DNA of 64,000 nucleotides, taken from Clostridia bacterium (GTDB lineage: Bacteria; Bacillota; Clostridia; UMGS1840). The notes beneath the pieces were generated by a model. The model ran no database searches. It worked only from the letters and a program-made list of their open reading frames with translations, and had not been told where the DNA came from. The DNA lies in NCBI GenBank assembly GCA_045638525.1, contig JAZUBQ010000008.1, positions 13,233 through 77,232 on the forward strand, given 5' to 3'. Position numbers and translations under genes: made by a program. Shown here in pieces: positions 17,954 through 27,573 of this stretch (its first letter is position 1; every line of letters begins with the position of its first letter).

Positions 17954-19207
17954 TTATTGATAGGTAGTCTGTAAAACGGTTCCGGTAAAGTAATGGGCTA
18001 AAATTTGTTCGCAGGTATATCCTGCTTCCGCCATGCCTTTGGCACCGTATTGGCTCATTCCGACACCGTGACCGTAGCCGGTTCCCCGGAACAGATATTC
18101 GGTGGCATTTCCGGATTGTGCGGTGATTGTACCGGTGGAGGTCAGAATGGAATCGCTGACCTGCCGTTGTTCGATTCCCTTAGAGGTCAACACGGAAACG
18201 GTTTGAGATAAAGCTCCTGTTTTGGATATAGTAAACAGATTGCTTTTTAAGTTGAAAAGACTTCTGGGTTTTTCTAATTTTGCGTGGTAGTTTCCTGCAG
18301 TCCCCACGATTTTTAAATCAATAATTCGTCCGGAGGGAGAGGTTTCCACAACTTCTAAATCAACAATTTCACCAATGTTTACGCCAATTCCCGAAAGCTT
18401 TGCTTTGATCTCTTCGGGAGTGTAGGGCACTGTCCATTCTTTGGAGCTGTCATAAGGATCTGCTACGCCTACCAGATAAGGCAAGTCACCGCCCCATACA
18501 TACTTGGAACTTTCGGTGTGTCCGCCGGAGGAGGAGTAAAAATAGGTAGTGGCAAGTTTGCCGTTATAAGTAAGAAATAATCCGGCGGTTTCTTCTACCG
18601 CAAGATTGGTGGCTTCGTGTTCTCCTTTGACTCCTGCATAAACCTGAGATTGGATGGTGTCATCCAGATCAAATCCGTATTTTTTGAATCTGTTTTTGTT
18701 GGTCATTGCATAGTTTCTGGCGCACACTGCCTGTGCTTTCAAAGCTTCTGCAGGCCAGGAAGCAGGCATTTCAGAGGCAACAACACCTTTTAAATAGTCT
18801 TCTAAATTCACATGGTTGATAACAGTCAATCCGTTGTCGGTATACAGGAATCTGGCTGACCCCCGGTATTCACTTCCACCGATAAAAAGAGTGGTTCCGT
18901 CTGCCGGAGAAAATTCCATAGGAACATCGCTTTTCGGATGGGAATACACGGCAATTTGATTCACCGGGTCCGTAACATCAATGCTTCCGGTCGGGTTATG
19001 CGATACATCCAGTTTGGTTTCGGCAAGAATGGCGATGAATTGGTCTCCCATTCGCAAATGAAATCCGCTGTTGGATTGCAACGTGATTTTTGTTACGGTA
19101 TTAGAGCCGTATTTTAAGCCGATATCAATGGTTTGCGCAGAGGCAAAAATAGTTTGGAATAATAGAAAACAAACCAAAAATAAGGCTGTTTTTTGTAATT
19201 TGTTCAT
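17954..19207 (-). CDS. spoIID: SpoIID/LytB-domain protein (stage II sporulation protein D-like lytic transglycosylase)
   Basis: Signal peptide MNKLQKTALFLVCFLLFQTIFASA. SpoIID core YLKGVVASEMPASWPAEALKAQAVCARNYA...YFYSSSGGHTES...GHGVGMSQYGA. The ATG at 19207 follows AGGTGA; the GTG at 19216 lies inside the RBS. Confidence 0.85.
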   Translation of the reverse strand: MNKLQKTALFLVCFLLFQTIFASAQTIDIGLKYGSNTVTKITLQSNSGFHLRMGDQFIAILAETKLDVSHNPTGSIDVTDPVNQIAVYSHPKSDVPMEFSPADGTTLFIGGSEYRGSARFLYTDNGLTVINHVNLEDYLKGVVASEMPASWPAEALKAQAVCARNYAMTNKNRFKKYGFDLDDTIQSQVYAGVKGEHEATNLAVEETAGLFLTYNGKLATTYFYSSSGGHTESSKYVWGGDLPYLVGVADPYDSSKEWTVPYTPEEIKAKLSGIGVNIGEIVDLEVVETSPSGRIIDLKIVGTAGNYHAKLEKPRSLFNLKSNLFTISKTGALSQTVSVLTSKGIEQRQVSDSILTSTGTITAQSGNATEYLFRGTGYGHGVGMSQYGAKGMAEAGYTCEQILAHYFTGTVLQTTYQ

Positions 19208-19424
19208 AGGTATCACCTGTCAAATTTCATTTTGTTTTTCTCATCATATCACACTTTTTTTATTTTTTCAAGAGGGTTTGTGCGGATTTGAAAGAAAGGT
19301 GAAAAATAAGGACGTTTTTTGGCGTGAAACGACGAAAATTTCCACCAAAGTTCAGTCAGAAAACCAACGTAATTTTTGTTTCTGTAAAAAAACGTCAAAA
19401 TTCTGACAGAATCCCGAAATATAG

Positions 19425-19453
19425 TTGACAAATTGTTGATTTCGTACTATAAT
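19425..19453 (+). promoter_or_regulatory. Consensus sigma-A-type promoter upstream of mreB/mbl
   Basis: TTGACA (19425-19430), a 17-nt spacer, then TATAAT (19448-19453). Confidence 0.6.
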
Positions 19454-19563
19454 TAATATAATATGGAGGGGTAGATGTTGTCTTGTTTTTGCGACATGAA
19501 AATCCCCGTAAAATTGGACTTGTAAATGATATTATTTGGATAGAAACGAAAGGATGGTGTCCG

Positions 19564-20595
19564 ATGTTTGGATTTGGACAGGATGTGGGCGTTGACTTAG
19601 GAACAGCAACGGTTCTGATTTACGTGAAAGGAAAAGGAATTGTGTTAAAAGAGCCTTCTGTGGCAGCGGTAGACAAGCTGACAGGAAAGCTGTTTGCTGT
19701 TGGATATGAAGCCCAGAGAATGATTGGAAAAACGCCCGGCAATATTGTGGCGGTTCGTCCTCTTCGTGATGGTGTGATTTCCGATTATGATGTTACTGAA
19801 AAAATGCTCAAGCACTTTCTCTCGAAGGTGAATATTTCCAGAATTTTCAAACCCAACATTATGATTTGTGTTCCTTCCGGTGTTACCGACGTGGAAGAAC
19901 GTGCAGTAAAAGATGCTGCCATTCAGGCAGGTGCAAAAAAATCCTTCATCATTGAAGAACCCATCGCTGCAGCCATCGGCACCGGCATTGATATTTCCCA
20001 GCCTACCGGTACGATGATTGTAGACATCGGTGGAGGCACTACTGATATCGCTGTGATTTCATTGGGTGGTGTGGTTGTGTCCACTTCCATCAAGGTGGCA
20101 GGTGACAAGTTTGACGATGCCATTATCAAATACATTCGCAAAGAACACAATGTGTTAATCGGCGAACGAACTGCAGAGCAGATAAAATATAACGTGGGCT
20201 GTGCATATCTGCCCGAGGAAGAACTGGTGACTGAAGTCAAAGGCCGAAACCTTCTGACAGGTCTTCCCAAAATTTTCAATGTAACTTCCACCGAAATCTA
20301 TTCCGCATTGATTGATACTGCCAAACAGATTGTGGAAGCGGTGCATCAGACTTTGGAAAAAACACCTCCCGAATTGGTAGGGGATATCGCATCCGGCGGC
20401 ATCATTATGACCGGTGGCGGTTCGCTGTTGGGCGGTTTTGACAAACTGATTACCGAACATACCGGTATCAAAGCTACGGTTGCCGACGATCCCACCACTT
20501 GTGTGGCTTTGGGAACCGGTAAAGCATTGGAACAGATGCATCTTCTGTCTGACGATTCCAATTCGGTTGCAGGCAGAAAATATTATGATTTATAA
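19564..20595 (+). CDS. mreB: Rod-shape-determining actin homologue MreB/Mbl family
   Basis: MFGFGQDVGVDLGTATVLIY..., DGVISDYD, IVDIGGGTTDIAV, IIMTGGGSLL. The internal ATG at 19564 follows AAAGGATGG; the ORF-track extension from 19483 is unsupported. Confidence 0.9.
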   Translation: MFGFGQDVGVDLGTATVLIYVKGKGIVLKEPSVAAVDKLTGKLFAVGYEAQRMIGKTPGNIVAVRPLRDGVISDYDVTEKMLKHFLSKVNISRIFKPNIMICVPSGVTDVEERAVKDAAIQAGAKKSFIIEEPIAAAIGTGIDISQPTGTMIVDIGGGTTDIAVISLGGVVVSTSIKVAGDKFDDAIIKYIRKEHNVLIGERTAEQIKYNVGCAYLPEEELVTEVKGRNLLTGLPKIFNVTSTEIYSALIDTAKQIVEAVHQTLEKTPPELVGDIASGGIIMTGGGSLLGGFDKLITEHTGIKATVADDPTTCVALGTGKALEQMHLLSDDSNSVAGRKYYDL

Positions 20596-20603
20596 GGATT
20601 GTT

Positions 20604-22481
20604 ATGGCTTATATAGAAGATAAATTTGAAGTTGCCGTTATCGGTGCAGGTCATGCCGGCTGTGAAGCGGCATTTGCCTCGGCAAGACTGGGGCATAAAA
20701 CAGTTTTATTTTCCATCAATCTGGATGCAGTTGCCAATATGCCTTGTAATCCCAGCATCGGTGGAACCGGGAAAGGACACCTGGTTCGCGAAATTGATGC
20801 TTTGGGGGGTGAAATGGGTAAATTGGCGGATGATACCTTCCTGCAGTCCCGGGTTTTGAATCGGGGCAAGGGACCGGCGGTATATTCTCTCAGAGTGCAG
20901 GAAGACCGTCGTGCATATCAGGAAGAAATGAAAAAACGGATTGAAAATCAGGAAAATCTGTTTTTAAAGCAGGCAGAAATCGTAAAAATTGATATTGAAG
21001 ACCAAAAGGTCAAAGGTGTTGTGGATGCGTTGGGGAACTACTATAAGGTGGATGCCGCAGTCATTGCAACCGGCACTTACCTTCGTGGGAAAATCATCGT
21101 GGGAACTTATTTTGAACCCGGTGGTCCCGACGGAATGTTTGCTGCAAACAAGTTGACCGAAAGCCTTTTGGAAAATGATATCCGTCTGATGCGGTTTAAA
21201 ACGGGAACACCTGCCCGTGTGCATCGGGACAGCATTGATTTTTCCAAAATGGAAGTGCAGTACGGAGATGAGGAAATCACCCCGTTTTCCTTCACTACCA
21301 AACGGGAACTTACCAATCAGGTGGAATGTTATTTAACCTATTCCACCGAAAAAACCAAACAGATTGTGTTGGATAATATTCATCTTTCTCCCTTATACAG
21401 CGGAATGATTGAGGGAATCGGTCCCAGATATTGTCCTTCGTTTGAAGATAAAATTATGCGTTTCCCCGATAAGGAACGGCATCAGCTGTTCATTGAACCA
21501 ATGGGATTAAACACCAAGGAAATGTATGTGCAGGGGATGTCATCTTCACTTCCTTATGAAGTGCAGGTGCAGATGTATCGTTCGGTTATCGGTTTGGAAA
21601 ATGCAGAACTGATGAGACCGGCCTATGCCATTGAGTATGACTGCGTGGATCCCACAGAACTGACATTGGGACTTGCGTTTAAGAAAATCAAAGGGTTATA
21701 TGGTGCAGGGCAGTTTAACGGAACCTCAGGCTATGAAGAAGCGGCGGCGCAAGGGTTAATTGCCGGCATCAATGCTGCAAGATATATTGACGGAAAAGAG
21801 GAATTCCACTTAACCCGTGATAATTCCTATATCGGTGTTTTAATTGATGATATTGTCACCAAAGGCACCAATGAACCCTATCGAATGATGACCTCTCGCA
21901 GTGAATACCGTCTTTTGTTACGTCAGGATAATGCCGACCAGCGTCTCACACCCATAGGTTATGAGCTTGGGTTGATTTCAGAGGAACGCTATCAGGACTT
22001 CTTGGCAAAACAAAAATGGGTGGAAGAAGAAATCAAGTATCTGGAATCTGTGATTGTTCCTCCTACCGAGCATGTGGTTGCTACCTTGGAAAAATATGAA
22101 AGCACTCCCACAAAAACGGGAATCCGCTTGACTGATTTGTTAAGACGACCGGAAATTACCTATCAAATGCTTCAGGAAATTTCTGATAAGGTGCACACAC
22201 TTCCTCGGGATATTGAAGAAGAAGTGACGATCACCATCAAATATTCCGGTTACATCAAACGTCAGATGTCTCAGGTGAATCAGTTCAAAAAATTAGAACA
22301 GAAAAAACTTCCCCAAGACATTGATTATGATGATATTTACGGGCTTCGGATTGAAGCCAGACAAAAACTTGCAAAATTCCGTCCCGAATCCATCGGACAA
22401 GCGTCTCGTATTTCGGGCGTGTCTCCTGCGGATATCTCAGTGCTTCTGATTTATCTTGACAGCAGACGAAACACGGATTGA
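20604..22481 (+). CDS. mnmG: tRNA uridine-5-carboxymethylaminomethyl synthesis enzyme MnmG (GidA)
   Basis: 625 aa; FAD motif VIGAGHAGCEAA, plus GPRYCPSFEDK and GQFNGTSGYEEAAAQG. Confidence 0.95.
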   Translation: MAYIEDKFEVAVIGAGHAGCEAAFASARLGHKTVLFSINLDAVANMPCNPSIGGTGKGHLVREIDALGGEMGKLADDTFLQSRVLNRGKGPAVYSLRVQEDRRAYQEEMKKRIENQENLFLKQAEIVKIDIEDQKVKGVVDALGNYYKVDAAVIATGTYLRGKIIVGTYFEPGGPDGMFAANKLTESLLENDIRLMRFKTGTPARVHRDSIDFSKMEVQYGDEEITPFSFTTKRELTNQVECYLTYSTEKTKQIVLDNIHLSPLYSGMIEGIGPRYCPSFEDKIMRFPDKERHQLFIEPMGLNTKEMYVQGMSSSLPYEVQVQMYRSVIGLENAELMRPAYAIEYDCVDPTELTLGLAFKKIKGLYGAGQFNGTSGYEEAAAQGLIAGINAARYIDGKEEFHLTRDNSYIGVLIDDIVTKGTNEPYRMMTSRSEYRLLLRQDNADQRLTPIGYELGLISEERYQDFLAKQKWVEEEIKYLESVIVPPTEHVVATLEKYESTPTKTGIRLTDLLRRPEITYQMLQEISDKVHTLPRDIEEEVTITIKYSGYIKRQMSQVNQFKKLEQKKLPQDIDYDDIYGLRIEARQKLAKFRPESIGQASRISGVSPADISVLLIYLDSRRNTD

Positions 22482-22522
22482 TAAATCCGCTTAAAAATAA
22501 AGCTTCAGAAAGGAGAAGCATT

Positions 22523-23230
22523 ATGGCAGAACAGTTGATTCTGATTGTGGATGACGAAAAACCAATTGTAGACATTTTAAAATTTAACTTGCAAAAAGAG
22601 GGGTTTGAAACCATTGAAGCATATGATGGTCAAACCGGCTTGAATCTGGCGCTTGAGAAAAATCCTGACCTTATTTTACTGGATGTTATGCTTCCGGAAA
22701 TGGACGGCTTTACCGTATGCAGGGAAGTGCGCCAGAAATCACAGGTTCCCATTATCCTTTTGACTGCTCGTGAGGAAGAGGTGGATAAGGTGCTGGGGTT
22801 GGAGCTGGGTGCTGATGACTATATCACCAAGCCCTACAGTGTGAGAGAACTTCTGGCTCGCATCAAAGCAAATCTCCGTCGTACCAAAAAAGTACAAAGT
22901 ACACCTGTTCCTGAACATGCCGGTATGATTACCTATGGTCGTTTGAACATTGATACCGAGCGTTTTGAAGTTACCAAAGACGGCAAACCTGTGGAAATTA
23001 CGGTTCGTGAATTTGAACTGTTGAAATTTTTGGCTTCACAGCCGGATAAAATCTTTTCCCGTGAAAAACTTCTGGAAAAGGTTTGGAAATATGAATATTA
23101 CGGCGATTTAAGAACCGTTGATGTTACGGTCCGCAGACTGCGTGAAAAACTGGAAGACAATCCCGGTGAACCGGATTTTGTGGTAACCAAACGCGGAATC
23201 GGATATTACTTCAATAAAAACTGCAAATAG
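22523..23230 (+). CDS. OmpR/PhoB-family response regulator
   Basis: Receiver domain (LIVDDEKPI...LLDVMLPEMDG...ADDYITKP) plus a winged-helix C-terminus (TVDVTVRRLREKLE...RGIGYYF). The ATG at 22523 follows AAAGGAGAAG. Confidence 0.9.
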   Translation: MAEQLILIVDDEKPIVDILKFNLQKEGFETIEAYDGQTGLNLALEKNPDLILLDVMLPEMDGFTVCREVRQKSQVPIILLTAREEEVDKVLGLELGADDYITKPYSVRELLARIKANLRRTKKVQSTPVPEHAGMITYGRLNIDTERFEVTKDGKPVEITVREFELLKFLASQPDKIFSREKLLEKVWKYEYYGDLRTVDVTVRRLREKLEDNPGEPDFVVTKRGIGYYFNKNCK

Positions 23231-23254
23231 CAGACCAAATCAGTTGAGGGAATT

Positions 23255-25048
23255 ATGTTAAAAAGCATTCAGTCAAAATTGGTACTCTTATTTATCCTTG
23301 TTATATTGTCGGTTATGCTGACGGTGGGAACCTTTATCATCACCAATGTAACACGGTTTTATTATTCTGATTTTATGTCTCAGATTGAGACGGCTGTTTT
23401 CACCAAAGAGTTCATTCCTCAACTGCAGGAAGCGGCAGAAGAACAAAACGGAGCAGAAAAGCTTTCGGAGCTTTTAGAAGCGGCATCCGGTCGAATTGGT
23501 GTGGATTCTTACCGAAACTACGCAATTTTAAACGGTCAGGACGGAACGCTTTTGGCAGCTTCCGATGAACTGCTTGGCAGCGTGGAAATTACAGAAAATA
23601 TTTTGGCGGCACTTTCCGGAAAAATAGGTAACAACACCTATTCGGATGGCACCTATATGGAGTATGCTTACCCCATTTTGGGTGAAAACGGCCCAACCTT
23701 CATTATCTATATTTTTGAAACCAAAGAGGAACTGAACAACTTTTCCAAAAGTATGTTTTCCATTATTCTGCAAGGACTTCTGGCGGCACTGCTCATATCG
23801 GTGATTTTGGGATATTTGCTGTCCAAAACCATCACCACCCCAATTAAGAATCTGACCACCCGTGCCGAAAAGATGACCCAAGGGAAGTTTGAACTTGGGG
23901 AACCTTCCATTTCAAAGGATGAAATCGGGGTGCTGACCAATACCTTTAGAACCATGGGTCAAAGGCTTCAGGAAACCGTTCAGGAGGTTGCGGCTCAGAA
24001 TACCAAACTGGAAAAAATCATGGAATATTCCACGGATGGCATTGTGGCGTTTGATACCAACGGGGATCTGCTGCTGATTAACCCTTCGGCAAAAAGATAT
24101 TTGTCAGTTGGCGAAGAACCCATTCATTTTGACATATTTTTTTCTGAAATTTTTTCCGATATTTCGCTGGGGGATTTTCTGTATCTGAATCAAGATAAAC
24201 AAATTATCAAAGAAACCGACTATAATGATTATTATTTGCGTTTTTACTTCGGAAGTTTTAAATATTCCGATGATAAAATCGGTGGTGTCATTGTCGATGT
24301 TCAGAATGTGACCGAATCCAGAAAGTTGGAACTTTCCCGTCGTGAATTTGTTGCCAATGTATCCCACGAACTTCGCACTCCGTTAACCACCGTTAAGGCA
24401 TATATTGAAACTTTGGAAAGCGGAATGGTGGATGGGGAAACCCAAGGAAAATTTTTAGATACCATTCACAGGGAAACCGACCGTATGACCCGTTTGGTGT
24501 CAGACCTTTTGACCCTCTCACGTTTGGATAACGGAGTTTCTTTGAATCTGACCCGAATGAGAGTGGAAGCCATTTTAAAAGATGTTTCGGAAAAAATGCA
24601 ATTTGAAGCTAAGAAAAAACATCAGATTTTAAGCTATACCATGATTAACGAAATTCCTGCCATTGCATTGGATTATGACAGAATGCAGCAGGTGATTATC
24701 AACATTGTATCAAATGCAATAAAATATACCCCAAACTACGGGGCAATCAAAATTTATTCCAGCTATGTGTCCGGTAATGCTATCATCAGAATTGCCGACA
24801 ATGGAATGGGCATTCCGGAAAAGGATGTCAAACGAATTTTTGAACGGTTTTATCGTGTGGATAAAGCACGTTCCCGTGAGCAGGGCGGAACGGGGCTCGG
24901 ACTTGCCATCGCCAAAGAAATTGTGAATGCTCACGCAGGGGAAATCACACTTCGTTCCCAAGTGAATGAAGGCACAGAAATTGTGATTACCCTTCCGGTG
25001 GAAAAAAGCTTTCTCTCCCGTGAGGAACAAACACCTTCCACCTTATAA
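23255..25048 (+). CDS. Sensor histidine kinase (2 TM, HAMP, PAS-like, HisKA, HATPase_c)
   Basis: H-box VSHELRTPLTT, N-box NIVSNAIKYTP, G1 DNGMGIP, G2 GGTGLGLAIAKEIV, and two hydrophobic segments flanking an extracytoplasmic domain. Confidence 0.9.
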   Translation: MLKSIQSKLVLLFILVILSVMLTVGTFIITNVTRFYYSDFMSQIETAVFTKEFIPQLQEAAEEQNGAEKLSELLEAASGRIGVDSYRNYAILNGQDGTLLAASDELLGSVEITENILAALSGKIGNNTYSDGTYMEYAYPILGENGPTFIIYIFETKEELNNFSKSMFSIILQGLLAALLISVILGYLLSKTITTPIKNLTTRAEKMTQGKFELGEPSISKDEIGVLTNTFRTMGQRLQETVQEVAAQNTKLEKIMEYSTDGIVAFDTNGDLLLINPSAKRYLSVGEEPIHFDIFFSEIFSDISLGDFLYLNQDKQIIKETDYNDYYLRFYFGSFKYSDDKIGGVIVDVQNVTESRKLELSRREFVANVSHELRTPLTTVKAYIETLESGMVDGETQGKFLDTIHRETDRMTRLVSDLLTLSRLDNGVSLNLTRMRVEAILKDVSEKMQFEAKKKHQILSYTMINEIPAIALDYDRMQQVIINIVSNAIKYTPNYGAIKIYSSYVSGNAIIRIADNGMGIPEKDVKRIFERFYRVDKARSREQGGTGLGLAIAKEIVNAHAGEITLRSQVNEGTEIVITLPVEKSFLSREEQTPSTL

Positions 25049-25072
25049 GACAGAAAAAAGCGAGGATAGAGT

Positions 25073-25957
25073 ATGGATGAAATTATCAGAGCCATTACGG
25101 CAGACGGCTATGTGAAAGCCTATGTGATTAACTCCACAGAAGTGGTGAGAGAAGCTCAGGGACTTCACGGAACCGGTAAAGTTGCTTCTGCGGCATTGGG
25201 CAGAACCTTAACAGCCGCATTGATACTTGCCAATGATATGAAAAATGAAACGGATCGTGTATCGGTGCAGTTTCGAAGCGAAGGTCCTATTGGCAATGTA
25301 GTTGCCGAAGCCAACGGGCAAAATCAGGTAAAAGGCTTTGTGACAAATCCCGATGTGGTGATGCCGTTAAGAGAAGACGGTAAGCTGGATGTTGGCGGTG
25401 CATTAGGACATAAAGGAAGCTTGACCATTGTGCGTGACATCGGACTGAAAGAGCCCTATGTTGGCACAGTTGAACTGATTTCCGGCGAAATTGCGGAAGA
25501 CATTTCCTACTACTATATGCAATCAGAACAGATTCCCACCGTGTTGGGACTTGGAGTGTTGGTGGCACAGAATTTTGCCATTTTATCCGCAGGCGGTTTT
25601 ATGATTCAGCTTCTGCCGGGTGCTCCCGATGACATTATTGACCGGGTAGAAGCGAATGTAAAGGCGATGCCGGCATCTATTTCTTCCTTAATTGCCGACG
25701 GGAAAAATGCAACCGAAATTTTATCCATGTTGCTTAGCGGTTTTGATTATCAGATTCTTTCTAAAAAAGAACCGTCTTATCGTTGTGACTGCAGTCGGTA
25801 TCGTGTGGAAACCGCACTCATCAGCTTAGGTCGAAAAGAAATTGAATCTATGATTGAAGAAGACCAAACTACCGAAATTTCTTGCCATTATTGCAACAAA
25901 AAATATCATTTTTCCAAAGAAGATTTACAGATGTTGCTTCGTTTGGCAACCCGATAA
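25073..25957 (+). CDS. hslO: Redox-regulated chaperone Hsp33
   Basis: 294 aa; C-terminal zinc centre CDCS...CHYCNKKY and N-terminal Hsp33 fold strings. Confidence 0.9.
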   Translation: MDEIIRAITADGYVKAYVINSTEVVREAQGLHGTGKVASAALGRTLTAALILANDMKNETDRVSVQFRSEGPIGNVVAEANGQNQVKGFVTNPDVVMPLREDGKLDVGGALGHKGSLTIVRDIGLKEPYVGTVELISGEIAEDISYYYMQSEQIPTVLGLGVLVAQNFAILSAGGFMIQLLPGAPDDIIDRVEANVKAMPASISSLIADGKNATEILSMLLSGFDYQILSKKEPSYRCDCSRYRVETALISLGRKEIESMIEEDQTTEISCHYCNKKYHFSKEDLQMLLRLATR

Positions 25958-25969
25958 GGAGGAAGAAAA

Positions 25970-26314
25970 ATGCAATTTTTAAAACCGACTCTTCCCATTT
26001 TAATGCTTTTGGTGTCCAATGTGTTTATGACCTTTGCCTGGTACGGACATTTGAAGTTTAAAAGCACCGCGCTTTGGGTTGTGATTTTATCCAGTTGGGC
26101 GATTGCGCTGTTTGAATATATTTTCCAGGTACCGGCAAACCGTATGGGTTCCCAGTATTTCACCACAGCACAGCTGAAAATCATTCAGGAGGTTATCACC
26201 CTGACGGTATTCTCCGTATTTTCGGTGTTGTATTTGAAAGAAAAATTCACTTGGAATTATGTTTACGCATTTTTATGTATCTTAGGCGCTGTATTCTTTA
26301 TTTTTAAAAAGTAA
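25970..26314 (+). CDS. Small DMT-superfamily membrane protein (DUF486-like)
   Basis: 114 aa with four hydrophobic helices and strings [37 protein letters not shown]. Confidence 0.7.
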   Translation: MQFLKPTLPILMLLVSNVFMTFAWYGHLKFKSTALWVVILSSWAIALFEYIFQVPANRMGSQYFTTAQLKIIQEVITLTVFSVFSVLYLKEKFTWNYVYAFLCILGAVFFIFKK

Positions 26315-26352
26315 AGGACAATGCAGTATCAATTATAAAGGAGAAAAAAATT

Positions 26353-27513
26353 ATGAGAAAGTTGTTTACGTCTGAATCGGTAACAGAGGGGCATCCCGAT
26401 AAAATCTGTGACCAGATTTCCGATGCGATTTTAGATGAAATGTTAAAACAAGACCCCATGTCCAGAGTGGCTTGTGAAACCACTTGTACCACCGGTATGG
26501 TGTCTGTTATGGGCGAAATCACCACTTCCGGCTATGTGGATATTCCCAAAATTGCCAGAGAAGTTGTGCTGGATATCGGCTATGACCGTGCAAAATATGG
26601 GTTTGACGGTACCACTTGTGCTGTCATTACTTCCATTGATGAACAGTCTCCCGACATTGCCCAGGGTGTAGACGTGTCTGAAGATGACAAATCCACCGGT
26701 GCAGGAGACCAGGGGATGATGTTTGGTTACGCTTGTGACGAAACCCCGGAACTGATGCCCTTACCCATTTCTTTGGCGCATAAGCTGGCAAAACAGTTAA
26801 CTGCTGTGAGAAAAGACGGTACCTTATCTTATCTTCGTCCCGACGGAAAAACACAGGTAACCGTAGAATATGAAAATGACGTTCCCAAACGTATTGATAC
26901 CATTGTTATTTCCACTCAGCATGCACCGGAAGTGGAACTTGCAACCATCCGTGAAGATATGAAAAATCACGTAATTACTCCCATCATTGACGCTGCTATG
27001 ATGGATGAAAACACAAAAATTTATGTAAATCCCACCGGTCGTTTTGTTGTGGGCGGACCTCAGGGAGACTCCGGTTTAACCGGTAGAAAAATTATCGTAG
27101 ACACCTATGGCGGCTATGCTCGTCACGGTGGCGGTGCATTCTCCGGAAAAGACCCCACAAAAGTGGACAGAAGTGCGGCATATGCATCCCGTTGGGTAGC
27201 CAAAAACATTGTAGCGGCAGGTCTTGCAAAACGTTGCGAAATTCAGCTTGCTTATGCCATTGGTGTGGCAAAACCCGTATCCGTTATGGTGGACACCTTT
27301 GGAACCGGAATTGTTGCCGATGATGTAATTTCCAATATCGTGACAGAAGTGTTTGACCTTCGTCCTGCAGCTATTATTTCTGCATTGGATTTAAGAAAAC
27401 CCATCTACAGAAATCTTGCAGCATATGGACATATGGGCAGAGAAGATCTGGGCGTATTATGGGAAACAACCAATAAAGTCGATGACATTAAACAAGCTTT
27501 GGCAAACAAATAA
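26353..27513 (+). CDS. metK: S-adenosylmethionine synthase
   Basis: [48 protein letters not shown]. Confidence 0.95.
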   Translation: MRKLFTSESVTEGHPDKICDQISDAILDEMLKQDPMSRVACETTCTTGMVSVMGEITTSGYVDIPKIAREVVLDIGYDRAKYGFDGTTCAVITSIDEQSPDIAQGVDVSEDDKSTGAGDQGMMFGYACDETPELMPLPISLAHKLAKQLTAVRKDGTLSYLRPDGKTQVTVEYENDVPKRIDTIVISTQHAPEVELATIREDMKNHVITPIIDAAMMDENTKIYVNPTGRFVVGGPQGDSGLTGRKIIVDTYGGYARHGGGAFSGKDPTKVDRSAAYASRWVAKNIVAAGLAKRCEIQLAYAIGVAKPVSVMVDTFGTGIVADDVISNIVTEVFDLRPAAIISALDLRKPIYRNLAAYGHMGREDLGVLWETTNKVDDIKQALANK

Positions 27514-27520
27514 CAAAAAG

Positions 27521-27555
27521 ACAGCCATGGGAGAGAATCAATCTCGCATGGCTGT
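27521..27555 (+). terminator. Hairpin after metK (weak terminator; poor U-tract)
   Basis: ACAGCCATG...CATGGCTGT stem with an internal GAGA/TCTC extension. The downstream sequence is TATCG, so this is not a classic T-run. Confidence 0.35.
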
Positions 27556-27573
27556 TATCGAATAGGTAACAGT

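Noticed and set aside
19483-19563. N-terminal extensions proposed by the ORF track for mreB. Similar extensions occur at 1358, 10260, 22478, 29417, 32961, 41810, 46531, 46752, 48293, 55088 and 19216.
   Set aside because: In each case an internal ATG with a proper Shine-Dalgarno sequence begins exactly at the conserved family N-terminus. The extension has no RBS or overlaps the upstream gene or a promoter.
20604-22481. mnmG (gidA) as a marker of the replication origin region.
   Set aside because: There is no mnmE, rsmG, parAB or dnaA nearby, and I saw no cluster of TTATCCACA-like DnaA boxes. Gene orientation is mixed, so no oriC call can be supported.
26315-26352. I looked for a SAM riboswitch or T-box leader upstream of metK, and for leaders upstream of folD, azlC and the mtaD-like gene.
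   Set aside because: Only 38 nt separate metK from the upstream gene, with nothing but an RBS. The other gaps are equally short, so there is no room for a riboswitch.
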